This document shows, one piece after another, positions 19,128 to 29,404 of a stretch of 64,000 nucleotides of DNA; within the stretch, counting starts at the first letter, position 1, and each line of letters opens with the position of its first letter. The stretch covers positions 32,001-96,000 of the forward strand of contig JBFIML010000006.1 in NCBI GenBank assembly GCA_041611735.1, read 5' to 3'. The stretch is from Myxococcota bacterium (GTDB lineage: Bacteria; Myxococcota_A; UBA9160; PR03). The notes below the pieces were generated by a model. The model had not been told where the DNA came from. It did no database searches and saw only the letters and a program-made list of their open reading frames with translations. The translations under genes were made by a program, and so were the position numbers.

Positions 19128-20408
19128 TCACGGCGTGCGCGCCCATCGCCACAGCTCTCGCAGGGTCGGCCGTTTGCCGTGCATCAGGATGCCGATGCGG
19201 TAGATGCGGGCGCAGGTCCAGACCATGAAGGCCACGAAGCCGAGGGCGAGGGCATACGAGAGCGCAATCTGCCACGCGGGGGGCGTCTTCACGCTGATGC
19301 GCAGCATCATCACCAGCGGACTGAACAGCGGGATCAGCGACGCGGTCACCGAGAGGGTCGAGTCGGGGTCGTTCACCACGGGAAGGAACAGCATGAACGA
19401 CGCCAGCAGCACGAAGACGGCCACGAAGGCGAGCTGCTGCGCCTCCTGGAGGTTGCTGGAGGCGGCGCCGATCGCCGCGTAGAAGCTCGCATACAGGAAG
19501 TAACCCACCACGAAGAGCGCGAAGAAGTGCAGGGCGAGGCCCGCGTCCAGCACGGGCAGCTCCACGTTGGGGAGGCGGCCCCCCAGGGCGCCCGCGCCCA
19601 GGGGCCCGATGACCAGCAGCAGCAGCCCGATCCAGATCGCCAGCTGCGTCAGCCCCACGAGGCCGATTCCGATCAGCTTGCCGGCCATCAGGTCCAGCGG
19701 GCGTACGGTGGAGAGGACCAGCTCCACCACGTGTGAGTTCTTCTCCTCGAGTACCCCGTTCATCACCTGGGCGCCGTAGATGGCGAGCACCGCGTAGAGC
19801 AGGAAGGCGAGGGCATAGGCCAGGAAGAACTGCGCCTGGCCGCCCTGGACCCGGCTTCCCTGGGCGGACACCCGCACGCTCTCCAGGCGCACCGAGCGGA
19901 CCAGCGGGTCCACCGCCGTCTCGTCGTAACCGGCCTCCTGGAGCCGTGCCCGGCGCACGGCCCCCGACAGCTCCACCTCCAGCAGCTGCTGGGTCAGCAG
20001 GTTGGACACGTTGTCGGAGCGATACTCGACGCGGTTGTGCGCGAGCCCCTCCGAATCGATGCGCAGCCAGGCGTCGATCTGCTGGCCCAGCACGCGGGCA
20101 TCCAGGGCGTCGTGCTGGGCCGCGGCGTCGGGCTCCGCGGCAGCCAGCGTGATCTCGAAGCGCGCGCCGCGCCGGCCCTCGCGCTCGCGCTCGGCCAGAC
20201 GTTCGAGGAGAAGCGGGGCCACGTGGCCCGTGGTGTCCACTACCACGAGGCGGTGGCTGGTGGTGGAGCGCGTGAGTAGCAGCACCGGCAGCGTCACGAT
20301 CAACAGCGCCAGCAGCGGAAAGCCGAACGTGCTGATCCAGAATGCACGGGTCCGCAGCCGCACCCGGTACTCGCGGCGCAGGATCACGAAGACGTGGCTA
20401 GCCGGCAT
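19128..20408 (-). CDS. ABC-2 type transporter permease (NatB/YhaP-like)
   Basis: ILRREY, GVLEEKNSHVVELVLS, LMAGKLIG, IPLFSP, RIYRIGILMHG. Confidence 0.9.
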   Translation of the reverse strand: MPASHVFVILRREYRVRLRTRAFWISTFGFPLLALLIVTLPVLLLTRSTTSHRLVVVDTTGHVAPLLLERLAEREREGRRGARFEITLAAAEPDAAAQHDALDARVLGQQIDAWLRIDSEGLAHNRVEYRSDNVSNLLTQQLLEVELSGAVRRARLQEAGYDETAVDPLVRSVRLESVRVSAQGSRVQGGQAQFFLAYALAFLLYAVLAIYGAQVMNGVLEEKNSHVVELVLSTVRPLDLMAGKLIGIGLVGLTQLAIWIGLLLLVIGPLGAGALGGRLPNVELPVLDAGLALHFFALFVVGYFLYASFYAAIGAASSNLQEAQQLAFVAVFVLLASFMLFLPVVNDPDSTLSVTASLIPLFSPLVMMLRISVKTPPAWQIALSYALALGFVAFMVWTCARIYRIGILMHGKRPTLRELWRWARTP

Positions 20409-21300
20409 CCCGCACCGCGTCCACGAAGATCTCCTCGAGCGTCGCCTCCTGGGGGCGGAACTCGACGACCTCCAGGAAGTCGACCAGCTCCCGCAGGAGC
20501 GCCGGGCCGGGCACCTGCGGTCGCAGCACCAGCTCGACGGCGTCATCGGTCTTGCGCCAGCGTTCCACGGCGTCCACGGCGTCGAGGCGTGCGACGTCGC
20601 CCTGGGCCACGAGGCGGTAGCGCCGGCTGGCGAAGCGCCGCTTCAGGTCCTCCAGGGCACCGATCAGGATGGACTGTCCGTCCCGGATCAGTCCGATGTC
20701 GTCGCACAGCTTCTCCGCCTGCTCGAGCACGTGGGTCGAGAAGAGGATCGTCCTCCCGTCGCGTCGGTACTCCAGGAGCAGGTCCATGAAGAGGCTCTGG
20801 TTCAGGGGATCGAGCCCCGTGAAGGGTTCGTCCAGGATCAGGAGCTCCGGCTCGTGTAGCAATGCGGCCGCGAGCTGCACCTTCTGCTGCATGCCCTTCG
20901 AGAGCTCCTCGACGCGACTCCGGGCGCGTCGGGCCAGGTCGAGCCGTTCGAGCCACGGGCCGACGCGACGACGCGCCTCGCGGCGGCCCAGCCCGCGCAG
21001 CTCGCCGAGAAAGACCAGATGGTCGAACACGCTCATCCGCTTGTAGAGCCCGCGCTCCTCGGGGAGGTATCCGATGCGCGCGCCGTCTTCCGGGCGCAGG
21101 GGGTGCCCGTGCAGCAGCACCTGCCCCGCGTCGGGGGCGACGATGTTCAGGATCATGCGCAGGGTGGTGGTCTTGCCGGCCCCGTTGGGGCCGAGGAGAC
21201 CGAAGACGCTGCCGGATGCCACGGCCAGGGAAAGGCGGTCCACCGCGCGGAATCCGTCGTAGCTCTTGGTGAGGTCGCGCAGCTCGAGGCCCGGCGGCAT
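20398..21300 (-). CDS. ABC transporter ATP-binding protein
   Basis: GPNGAGKTT, LSKGMQQK, LILDEPF, STH. Confidence 0.95.
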   Translation of the reverse strand: MPPGLELRDLTKSYDGFRAVDRLSLAVASGSVFGLLGPNGAGKTTTLRMILNIVAPDAGQVLLHGHPLRPEDGARIGYLPEERGLYKRMSVFDHLVFLGELRGLGRREARRRVGPWLERLDLARRARSRVEELSKGMQQKVQLAAALLHEPELLILDEPFTGLDPLNQSLFMDLLLEYRRDGRTILFSTHVLEQAEKLCDDIGLIRDGQSILIGALEDLKRRFASRRYRLVAQGDVARLDAVDAVERWRKTDDAVELVLRPQVPGPALLRELVDFLEVVEFRPQEATLEEIFVDAVRDAG

Positions 21301-21383
21301 GGGCGGAGGCTAACCCAGGGCCATTTGGGCGGCCCGGGTTTCCGGCGGCTTGGGTACCTTGCGGTCCGAGGGGAGGGGCTTCC

Positions 21384-22391
21384 ATGAAGACGCGACGGCT
21401 GGGACGTCACGGGCTCGAGGTGCCGGTCCTGTGTCTCGGAACGATGACCTTCGGGCTCCAGAGCGACGAGCAGACCTCCTTTGCCATCCTGGACCGGGCC
21501 TTCGAGGCCGGCCTGGGCTTCCTCGACACCGCCGACATGTATCCCCTCGGTGGAGAGCTCGAGACCCTGGGCCGCACCGAGGAGATCCTGGGCGCCTGGA
21601 TGCGCGAGCGGCGCAACCGGGACGCGGTGCTCCTGGCGAGCAAGTGCTGGGCCCCCACCGGACGCGGTCCCAACGCGGCGGGCCTCTCGCGCCAACACGT
21701 GCTCGAGGCGGCCGAGGCGAGCTTGCGGCGACTCGGCACCGACCGCCTCGACCTCTATCAGGCCCATGCCTACGACCCGTCCACCCCCATCGAGGAGACC
21801 CTGCGCGCCTTCGAAGACCTGCAGCGGTCCGGCAAGGTGCGCTACGTGGGATGCTCCAACTATCCGGCCTGGCGTCTGGCCGGGGCCCTGGCGGCGGCCG
21901 AGCGTCTCGGCGTCGAGGGCTACGTCTCGGTGCAGCCGCGCTACAACCTGCTGTATCGGGAGATCGAGCCCGAGCTGCTGCCGCTGTGCCGCGCCGAGGG
22001 CCTCGGCGTCCTGGTCTACAACCCGCTGGCGGGTGGACTGCTGAGCGGGAAGTACCGCGCGGGCGAGGCGCCGCGCCAGGGGACCCGCTTCACCCTGGGC
22101 ATGGCCGCCGGACGCTACCAGCGGCGCTACTGGCAGCAGGCCCATTTCGAGGCGGTGGAGACCCTGCGCAAGGCCGTGGAGCCCCGTGGCCTCGAGCTCG
22201 CGGCCGTCGCGGTGGCCTGGGTCCTGGCCCAGCCGGGGGTGAGTTCGGTCCTGCTCGGAGCCAGCCGGCCCGATCAGCTGGCTCCGTTGCTGGCCGCGCC
22301 CGGACTGGAGCTCGACGACGAGCTGCTGCGCGTCTGCGACGCTCTCTGGTGGACCCTGCCGCGGCGGTCCGTGGAGGAGGGCTATCGCTGA
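21384..22391 (+). CDS. Aldo/keto reductase
   Basis: LGTMTFG, DTADMY, SLRRLGTDRLDLYQAH, GKVRYVGCSN, YNPLAGGLLSGKY. Confidence 0.95.
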   Translation: MKTRRLGRHGLEVPVLCLGTMTFGLQSDEQTSFAILDRAFEAGLGFLDTADMYPLGGELETLGRTEEILGAWMRERRNRDAVLLASKCWAPTGRGPNAAGLSRQHVLEAAEASLRRLGTDRLDLYQAHAYDPSTPIEETLRAFEDLQRSGKVRYVGCSNYPAWRLAGALAAAERLGVEGYVSVQPRYNLLYREIEPELLPLCRAEGLGVLVYNPLAGGLLSGKYRAGEAPRQGTRFTLGMAAGRYQRRYWQQAHFEAVETLRKAVEPRGLELAAVAVAWVLAQPGVSSVLLGASRPDQLAPLLAAPGLELDDELLRVCDALWWTLPRRSVEEGYR

Positions 22392-22398
22392 GGGCCCC

Positions 22399-23448
22399 TC
22401 AAGCGGGCTTGCGGGCCACGACCACCTTGGACACGAAGTGGGGCTCGCTCGATTCGACCTGGAAGCCGCGCTGGGCGAGGGCTTCGCCGATGTCGTCGCC
22501 CACGTAGTCGCGGTGGAAGGGCTCGTGGAAGTCCTTGGAGAAGCGTCCGAGCAGTTGGGCGATCTCGCCGCTGTCCGAGCGCTGGGCCGAGTCCTCGATC
22601 ACGAGCAGACCGCCCGGTCGCAGCACGCGCCAGAACTCGGCGTGGACCTGCTGCCGGATGGGCCGCGGCAGCTCGTGGAGCAGGTGGACGCTCGTCACCA
22701 CGTCGAAGAAGCCATCCCGGAAGGGCATCTGCTCGGCGTGATCGGCCACCAGCGACACGTGCTCCACGGGCGCCAGGAGCTCCCGGGCATGATCGAGGTA
22801 ATAGGGGCTCAGGTCGAGGCCGTAGAAGCGCAGACTGGGGTGCGCGAGGGCCAGCTGGTGCAGCATGCGCCCCGTCCCGCACCCCACGTCGAGCAGCCGC
22901 AGATCGTCGCCGTGGCTGCGAAGGAAGCGCGTGACGGGCGGAATCACCATGCGGCGCATCACGTCCGCCGTGCCCAGGAACAGGAACTCGACCGCCACGT
23001 CGTAGAGGTCGGCCGACCTTCGGCTCAGGTACCCGTCCGTCTGCCAGTGGAAGTTGCGGCGGAAGTAGGCCGGGTAGCGGCCGAGATCCACGCCCGGCGG
23101 CAGATCCTGGAAGTTGCGCCGGCGCATGCGCCACCAGCTGCGAGGCATGTCCAGCAGCAGTGCCGGCGTGCTTCGCAGGTAGCCGGCCAGCGGATACTGG
23201 AAGAGCAGGCTGCGGGGATATGCGCCCTCGGCTACGTGACGCAGATCGCGTTCCAGCAGCGCCTCGTAGCGGCGCTGGATCTGCCGTTCGACTTTCCGAC
23301 TGACGCGGCGATTGCGGGGCGAAAGCAGGCGCAGTACCTGGTGGCCCGCCAGGCAACCGAGCAGCAGACCCTTCTGCTGGACCCGGTAGGCGACCTCGTG
23401 GACGGGTGCGGGGATGCGTTCGGCGAGCTGCATGGCGAGCGACGTCAT
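22399..23448 (-). CDS. Class I SAM-dependent methyltransferase
   Basis: LLDVGCGTG, GLDLSPYYL, NFHWQTDGYLS, RVLRPGG. Confidence 0.9.
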   Translation of the reverse strand: MTSLAMQLAERIPAPVHEVAYRVQQKGLLLGCLAGHQVLRLLSPRNRRVSRKVERQIQRRYEALLERDLRHVAEGAYPRSLLFQYPLAGYLRSTPALLLDMPRSWWRMRRRNFQDLPPGVDLGRYPAYFRRNFHWQTDGYLSRRSADLYDVAVEFLFLGTADVMRRMVIPPVTRFLRSHGDDLRLLDVGCGTGRMLHQLALAHPSLRFYGLDLSPYYLDHARELLAPVEHVSLVADHAEQMPFRDGFFDVVTSVHLLHELPRPIRQQVHAEFWRVLRPGGLLVIEDSAQRSDSGEIAQLLGRFSKDFHEPFHRDYVGDDIGEALAQRGFQVESSEPHFVSKVVVARKPA

Positions 23449-23565
23449 GGGGTCGAGCATAACGAAGGCCGCTCGCCCCGGCCGGGAGGGCCCGGGGCGG
23501 GGTAGAATGCGGCTGGAGCGAAACCGCGTGAGCGAGATCTCCGATTCCGGGAACGCCGGGTAGCT

Positions 23566-24060
23566 GTGGGCGTGCGCCCCAGCGGGCTCGCCCTCGCCGT
23601 CGCCGGCACCCTGGCAGGGCTTGCCATCGTCTGGAGTCTCCGGGAACGCGAGGTGCCGCGGCGCGCGCCGTTCCCCTCCTCCGCCGGCTTCGCTTCGCCC
23701 GAACGGGCAGCCACCGACGCGGAGCTTCCGGACCCCGGGGCCCTCCTCTCGCGTCAGGATCCCGCGGCGCGCTCCGGCGCCGCGCCGCGCGACGAGCGCC
23801 AGCGCCTCGCCGAGGGGCTGCGTCGGACCCTCGGGCCGGACCTGCCGGCGGACGACCTGGAGCGGCTGGCGAGCCTCGTGCTCGAGAGCCGCGACGTGAT
23901 GCACGGCGAGGAGTCGCCGGTGGTGCGGCAGGAGATCCTGCGCCGCATCGCCCTGGAGTTCGAGCGCCTGGCCGGAGAACCCATGGGCGACGTGATCTCG
24001 CGCCTTCCCCGCCACGAGCCGGACGCGCCGCGCCCCCCGCGAGGGGCGGAGTCCGGGTGA
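23566..24060 (+). CDS. Hypothetical membrane-anchored protein
   Basis: N-terminal TM helix; GTGA overlap with next gene. Confidence 0.55.
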   Translation: MGVRPSGLALAVAGTLAGLAIVWSLREREVPRRAPFPSSAGFASPERAATDAELPDPGALLSRQDPAARSGAAPRDERQRLAEGLRRTLGPDLPADDLERLASLVLESRDVMHGEESPVVRQEILRRIALEFERLAGEPMGDVISRLPRHEPDAPRPPRGAESG

Positions 24061-25433
24061 GACGGGCCGGCCCCGTCCTTCTCGTGGCGCTCGGACTCCC
24101 GGCCTGTTCCGACGGGTCGGCACCCGGCGGCGCTCCGGAGCTCGGCAGCGTGGTGGGCCGGGTGGCGGGCGAGACGGTGACCCTGGCGGAGGTGGACACG
24201 AGGGCGCACGGCGTGGTGACGCGGCTGCTCGGGCGGATCGAAGCGGCACAGCAGGCCACTCGGGCTCGGCTCGCTGCGGAGCGGCTGGCGGCCCGCGAGG
24301 CGGCGGGCGAGCCGGTGCCCGAGGCGTGGCGGGACGCGGGCCGGATCGCGCTTCCCGAGGAGGAAGTGGACGCTGCGTTGCGGGAGAGCGGCCTCACGGC
24401 CGACGACCCCACGGCCCGCACCCTGGTTCGGGCTCTACTCCATCACGAACGCCTTCGAGTCGCCCGCCGCCGCGTGGCGGCGGACCTCGCGGAGCGCGGA
24501 CTCGTCGCGGTGTCGGGGGCGGAGATCGAGCAGGCGGCGCGCTTGGTGCTCTTCCAGCAGCGCGGGCGCATCGTCGCCGAGGCGCGGCGCCGCTTCGAGG
24601 TCATCGCCGACGAGATCCTGCTCCGGCGGGAGGCGGCGCGTCGCGGCAGCGATCCCGCCGCTCTCCTCGCGCTGGTCGAGGCGGGGGCCGCGCCGGTCGC
24701 TGAGGAGGAGGTTCGACGCTTTGCCGCGCAGCGCGGCGCTCCGGATGCCGTGCCCGAGGGCGTGCGTGCGCTCCTCGAGATGCGGGCGCGCCTGCGCGCG
24801 CGAGAGGATCTGCTCGCCACCCTGCGTGCGCGAACGCCCCCCGTCTTCCTGCTGGCCTCGCCGGAGCCGCCGCGGTTCCCGATGGATGTGCAGCGGGCAG
24901 CCGACGCCGCCGGGGTCGCGCTGCTGGTGGTCTTCTCCAACTGGCGCTGCCAGCGCTGCGAGGACACGGAGCGCGTCCTCGACGCTCTCGTCGCCGGGCC
25001 CCTCGGTGCGAGCGTGCGCCTGGTGCGCCGGCCCTTCTCCCTCGCACCGGATCCGGCCTTCTTCGCGGACGCCGTGGCTTGGCGCTGTGTGGTCGAGCAG
25101 GGGCGTGAGGTGGCGTTCCACGCCGGCCTGCGCGAGCTCCTCGGGGGAAGGGGCAGATCCCGCCGGCTGGACGCCCCAGTGGAGCGTGTGTCAGACTCCG
25201 ATGCGCTCGCCGGGGTGCGCCTGGGACGGACCCTGGTTCCGGACACGCGTGGCTACGACGCTTGCCTCGCATCGGCGGCTACGCACGGGCGGGTGCTCGG
25301 CGAGCGGGACGAGGGGGAGCGGATCGGCTTCGCGAGGGTGCCCGCCTTCCTGGTGAACGGCCTGCCGCTGGTGGGCTTCCAGGGTCGGGAACGTCTCGAA
25401 GCCGTGCTGCGCTCCGAAGCGGCCGCGCATTGA
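24057..25433 (+). CDS. Lipoprotein with helical N-terminal region and C-terminal DsbA/thioredoxin domain
   Basis: Lipobox LPAC; FSNWRCQRC; GFARVPAFLVNG. Confidence 0.72.
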   Translation: MRRAGPVLLVALGLPACSDGSAPGGAPELGSVVGRVAGETVTLAEVDTRAHGVVTRLLGRIEAAQQATRARLAAERLAAREAAGEPVPEAWRDAGRIALPEEEVDAALRESGLTADDPTARTLVRALLHHERLRVARRRVAADLAERGLVAVSGAEIEQAARLVLFQQRGRIVAEARRRFEVIADEILLRREAARRGSDPAALLALVEAGAAPVAEEEVRRFAAQRGAPDAVPEGVRALLEMRARLRAREDLLATLRARTPPVFLLASPEPPRFPMDVQRAADAAGVALLVVFSNWRCQRCEDTERVLDALVAGPLGASVRLVRRPFSLAPDPAFFADAVAWRCVVEQGREVAFHAGLRELLGGRGRSRRLDAPVERVSDSDALAGVRLGRTLVPDTRGYDACLASAATHGRVLGERDEGERIGFARVPAFLVNGLPLVGFQGRERLEAVLRSEAAAH

Positions 25434-25459
25434 GCGCTGGCCCGCGGGAGAGGGTCGGG

Positions 25460-26335
25460 ATGCGGTTTCGGCGCTTCGGGCTGCTGGCCCTGGGGATCTC
25501 GCTGGCGCTGCTGGGATCGCACTGCGGCCCCCACAAGCCGCCGCGACTCAACCCACTGCGCCTCTACGCCATGGGAGACTCCATCACCACGGGCTTCGAC
25601 TCCTGGTTCGTGGGCAACAACTCCGCCGTCTCCTGGGTGAACGGCTTCCACGGCTTCTGGGAGAGCCTGCTCGGCATCCCCGACGTCAACAGCGTCAACC
25701 AGCGCATCACGGCTCGCTTCGGCTCGAGCGGCCGCACCAACGTGAGGGCGGCCCAGAACGGTGCGCGCTGGGACGCGGCCCTCTCCCAGGCGGCGAGCGT
25801 GGTGGGCGAGACGCCCCACCTGGTGACCGTGATGCTCGGGGGCAACGACGTCTGTCGCGACTCGATCGCCGACCTGCCCACCGCCGCGGAGATCCAGGGC
25901 CACGTCCGCACGACCCTCGACTGGCTGGACGCCCAGCTCCCGGCCGGCGCCACCGTCCAAGTGATCGGGATTCCGGACGTGAAGCGCCTTCACGACGTTG
26001 CCCGCGACGAGAAGGGCTTGCTCGGCATCGATTGCGAGGCGATCTGGTCCACCGTGGACCTGGGCTTCCCCTGTGGGTCCATGCTCGATCCCGCCAACAG
26101 CGAGCAGGATCGCCTGGCGGTCCAGGCCATGAACCTCCTCTACAACGACGTGATCCAGCAGGAGGTCGTGCTCAAGAACGCGGCGAGCACGCGCGTCTAC
26201 TTCAAGTTCTCGGATGCGGAGTCGGTCCAGTTCACTGGCGACGACGTCTCCTCGATCGATTGCTTCCATCCCTCGGCCCAGGGTCAGGAGTTGATCGCCT
26301 TCTACGCCTGGACCGACGGACCCTTCGGCCCCTAG
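25460..26335 (+). CDS. SGNH/GDSL hydrolase, exported (possible lipoprotein)
   Basis: MGDSIT, LGGNDVC, DCFHPS. Confidence 0.9.
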   Translation: MRFRRFGLLALGISLALLGSHCGPHKPPRLNPLRLYAMGDSITTGFDSWFVGNNSAVSWVNGFHGFWESLLGIPDVNSVNQRITARFGSSGRTNVRAAQNGARWDAALSQAASVVGETPHLVTVMLGGNDVCRDSIADLPTAAEIQGHVRTTLDWLDAQLPAGATVQVIGIPDVKRLHDVARDEKGLLGIDCEAIWSTVDLGFPCGSMLDPANSEQDRLAVQAMNLLYNDVIQQEVVLKNAASTRVYFKFSDAESVQFTGDDVSSIDCFHPSAQGQELIAFYAWTDGPFGP

Positions 26336-26437
26336 CCGGGCCGGCCGCCCCCCCCGGGCCGGCGCCGACCGCGACGCCGGTGGAAGGTCTTGTTTGCTCG
26401 AGATGGGGCCGATCCGCGCCCCGGGGAGTTCGCCGTC

Positions 26438-27547
26438 ATGTCAACGTCGCGCATCGCTGTCCTCGCGCTCCTCGTCACCCTGTTCGCGCCCGGCGTCGGC
26501 GCCCGGGCGGCCCCCGACGAGGATGCCTTCGTGGCGGGTTACGCCACGGCGATCCTGAGCCGCGAGTTCGGCCTGGAGGGAGCGCGGGTTTCCGTCGTGC
26601 ACGGCGTCGTGCGGGTCGAAGCCCGCCGCATCCCGGGGGCCGAGCGCGAGAAGCTCGAGGCGGTGCTCGGGGGGATCCCGGGCGTCGCCGCGGTGGAGCT
26701 GACCGAGGTGGACGGCACGGCGCCGCCGCAGGTGCCCGGGCCGGTGGCGGCCGCCAGCGACAACGGAATGCTCGGGTCGCGGGGCCTCGAGCTCCTGCCC
26801 AAGCGCGAGCTCTTCGACCCGCTGCTGGCCGACCCCCGCTGGCCGCACTTCGCCGCGAGCCAGCACTTCTACCTGGACGACGACGAACTGACGCGAGTGG
26901 CGGGGGTGAGCTTCGGCGAGTCGATCCCGCTGCTCGGCTTCGACATGCCGGGTCCCGGCCGCGGGGAGCTCGGCTTCCAGGCGGCCGTGTTCTCGATCTT
27001 CGATCTCGACTCCGACTCGTTCGACCTGGTGAACTCGGACTTCCTGGTGGGCCTGACCGGGAGCTGGCGGCGCGGCCGGCTGTCGGCGCAGGCGCGCTTC
27101 CTGCACCAGAGCTCCCACCTGGGCGACGAGTTCCTGCTGCGCAGCCGCGTCGATCGCATCAACGTGAGCTACGAATCCCTGGACGTGCTGCTCTCCTTCG
27201 AACCCTGGGACTTCTTGCGCGTGTACGGGGGCGGAGGGGCCCTGCTGCGGCGCGATCCGGAAGACCTGGAGCGGGGCCTGGCGCAGGGCGGTTTCGAGCT
27301 GGTGAGCCCGCGGGCCTTCCTGGCCGGGCACGTGCGCCCGTTGCTGGCCCTCGACGTGCAGGGGCGCGAGGAGAGCGGCTGGGAGGCGGACCTGTCGCTG
27401 CGCGCGGGCGTCCAGATCGAGAGCCCGAGCCTGCTCTCGCAACGCCTGCAGATCCTGCTCGAGTACTACGACGGGCGTTCACCGAACGGCCAGTTCTTCC
27501 GGCGGGAGCTCGAGTACCTGGGCCTGGGAGCCCACCTGCACTTCTAG
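26438..27547 (+). CDS. DUF1207-like outer-membrane protein
   Basis: Signal peptide; LFDPLLADPRWP, LVNSDF, HQSSHLGDEF, GRSPNGQFF; C-terminal Phe. Confidence 0.8.
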   Translation: MSTSRIAVLALLVTLFAPGVGARAAPDEDAFVAGYATAILSREFGLEGARVSVVHGVVRVEARRIPGAEREKLEAVLGGIPGVAAVELTEVDGTAPPQVPGPVAAASDNGMLGSRGLELLPKRELFDPLLADPRWPHFAASQHFYLDDDELTRVAGVSFGESIPLLGFDMPGPGRGELGFQAAVFSIFDLDSDSFDLVNSDFLVGLTGSWRRGRLSAQARFLHQSSHLGDEFLLRSRVDRINVSYESLDVLLSFEPWDFLRVYGGGGALLRRDPEDLERGLAQGGFELVSPRAFLAGHVRPLLALDVQGREESGWEADLSLRAGVQIESPSLLSQRLQILLEYYDGRSPNGQFFRRELEYLGLGAHLHF

Positions 27548-27558
27548 GGACCCCCGCT

Positions 27559-28008
27559 TCAGGCGGCCTCGTCGCCTCCATCGCGTGGGAAGCGGGCCCG
27601 CAGGAAATCGGCGAAGGTGCGGCAGGCGTCCGTCACGGTGAAGATCCCGGCGAGCTTGCCCTTCTTGGTGACGAGGGCCGACCCGATGTGGCGCTCCGCC
27701 ATCTCGAAGAGCACGCGGTCGAGAGGTGCGGCGAGATCCACCACATAGGCGTCCAGCACGCAGGCGTCCGCCACGGTCAGGGCCTCGAGCCGTTCCCGCG
27801 GCTGCCTCGGGTCCAGCAGCAGGGCGATGTCCCGGGCGCTCACCACCCCCACCAGCTTGCCGGCCCGGGTCACCGGCAGGTGGCGGATTCCGTGCTCCTC
27901 CATCACCTCCCGGGCGTGGAGGAGAAGGTCCTCGACGTGGATGAACCAGGGGAAGGGGGTCATCACGACCTTGATGGGCGGGATCCGGTCGCGGTTGTCG
28001 AAAGCCAT
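27559..28008 (-). CDS. CBS-domain pair protein
   Basis: VMTP, MEEHGIRHLPV, LVGVVSARD, HIGSALV, GIFTVTD. Confidence 0.9.
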   Translation of the reverse strand: MAFDNRDRIPPIKVVMTPFPWFIHVEDLLLHAREVMEEHGIRHLPVTRAGKLVGVVSARDIALLLDPRQPRERLEALTVADACVLDAYVVDLAAPLDRVLFEMAERHIGSALVTKKGKLAGIFTVTDACRTFADFLRARFPRDGGDEAA

Positions 28009-28026
28009 GGGAGGCAAGGGTAGGCC

Positions 28027-29370
28027 ATGAGCGGGCTCGGCGCGGTCGCCGCGGTGGGGCTGGGCCTCGGCCTGCTGTGGGGGGGGATCGAGATCGGGCT
28101 GCGCGTGGTGCTGGCGTGGCCGCTCCCAGCCGACTTCTACGGCTCGATCTCGCGCGAGCGGGTGCGCGACCGCCAGAAGCGCTGGGGCGTTCGCGTCGCC
28201 TGCGGTTCGGGCTGGATCCACCTGGGCTGGATCGCCGACCCGGAGCGGGAGCGCTATCGGATCGAGCGGCGCCGGGGAGAGGCCTGGCGTCCGCTCGGCA
28301 CGGTGCGCACGGGCTCGTTCCTGGTCCGCGGCGACGGGGGCACGTTCCGGGTGCTGGCCCTTCCGCGTGGCGGCGACCCGCCCCGGGTGCTCGGCGAGGT
28401 GCGGGCCGAGCCGCAGGGGGGGACGCCGTCCGTCTGGCGACCCGTCCGGGCCGGTTCGTGGCGGCTCCTGTTCCGGCCCCGCCGGCATGGCCGCTACGTG
28501 AACGACCACGCGGTCTATCGCGACGCCGCGGGGCACTGGCGGCTGCTGGGCATCACGGGCCCCGGCGACGGCGACTGGGCCCGGGAGCGCTGGTTCGCGG
28601 CGGGCGCGAGTGACACCTTCCCGCCCCCCGACGGCATGCGGGAGACGGAGCCCGTGGCCGACTTCGGAGAACTCGCCTGGGCGCCCCACGTGATCCGCTC
28701 GGGAGCCCTCTGGCACCTGTTCTGGTCGCCACACGTGCTGCGCCGCATGACCTCGCAGGACGGCGTTCGCTGGACGGACCCACGCGTCGTGATGGCCGCC
28801 CCCCGGCACCGCTTCTTTCGCGACGCCTTCGTGCTCGCGGTGGCCGACGGCCAGTGGCTCCTCTACGCGACCGCGCGGGGGCGCTTCTTCTCTCGTGTGG
28901 ACGTCTACCAGAGCTTCGATCTCGAGCAGTGGCAGTACATCGGGCCGGCCCTGCGCGGAGCCTGGGGCAGCCGCCGCAACGCCGCCTATGCTTCCATGGA
29001 GTCGCCCAGCGTGACTCCCTATCACGGCGGCTTCTACCTGACGATCACCTACAACAACGGCACGGCCTTCTGGCACGCGCTGGCGCTGGCGCTGCACTGG
29101 TGGCCCCGGCCCGCCAGCTATCACGAGAGCCTCGTCTTCCAGGCCGACAACCCCTACGAATTCGGGGTCTACCGGGGGGCCCGGCGCGGGTCGAACCCGG
29201 TGGCCCGGCTCGAGGCCCACGCGCCCCGGCTCGTGCACGATCGCGAGGCCGACACGTGGTGGGTGACGACGGCGGGCTGGCCCTGGGCGGCGACGCTCAC
29301 TCGCGGCGAGGTGGCGGTGGCGCCGCTTCGTTGGGAGCCCGTGGCACCCGGAGACGCCCCACTGCGTTGA
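28027..29370 (+). CDS. Membrane-anchored five-bladed beta-propeller glycoside hydrolase-like protein (GH32/43-like)
   Basis: YVNDH, WAPHVI, FRDAFV, MESPSV, HAPRLV; N-terminal TM helix. Confidence 0.65.
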   Translation: MSGLGAVAAVGLGLGLLWGGIEIGLRVVLAWPLPADFYGSISRERVRDRQKRWGVRVACGSGWIHLGWIADPERERYRIERRRGEAWRPLGTVRTGSFLVRGDGGTFRVLALPRGGDPPRVLGEVRAEPQGGTPSVWRPVRAGSWRLLFRPRRHGRYVNDHAVYRDAAGHWRLLGITGPGDGDWARERWFAAGASDTFPPPDGMRETEPVADFGELAWAPHVIRSGALWHLFWSPHVLRRMTSQDGVRWTDPRVVMAAPRHRFFRDAFVLAVADGQWLLYATARGRFFSRVDVYQSFDLEQWQYIGPALRGAWGSRRNAAYASMESPSVTPYHGGFYLTITYNNGTAFWHALALALHWWPRPASYHESLVFQADNPYEFGVYRGARRGSNPVARLEAHAPRLVHDREADTWWVTTAGWPWAATLTRGEVAVAPLRWEPVAPGDAPLR

Positions 29371-29404
29371 CACGGAGCGCGGATGCGGAACCCTGCGGTT
29401 CAGG

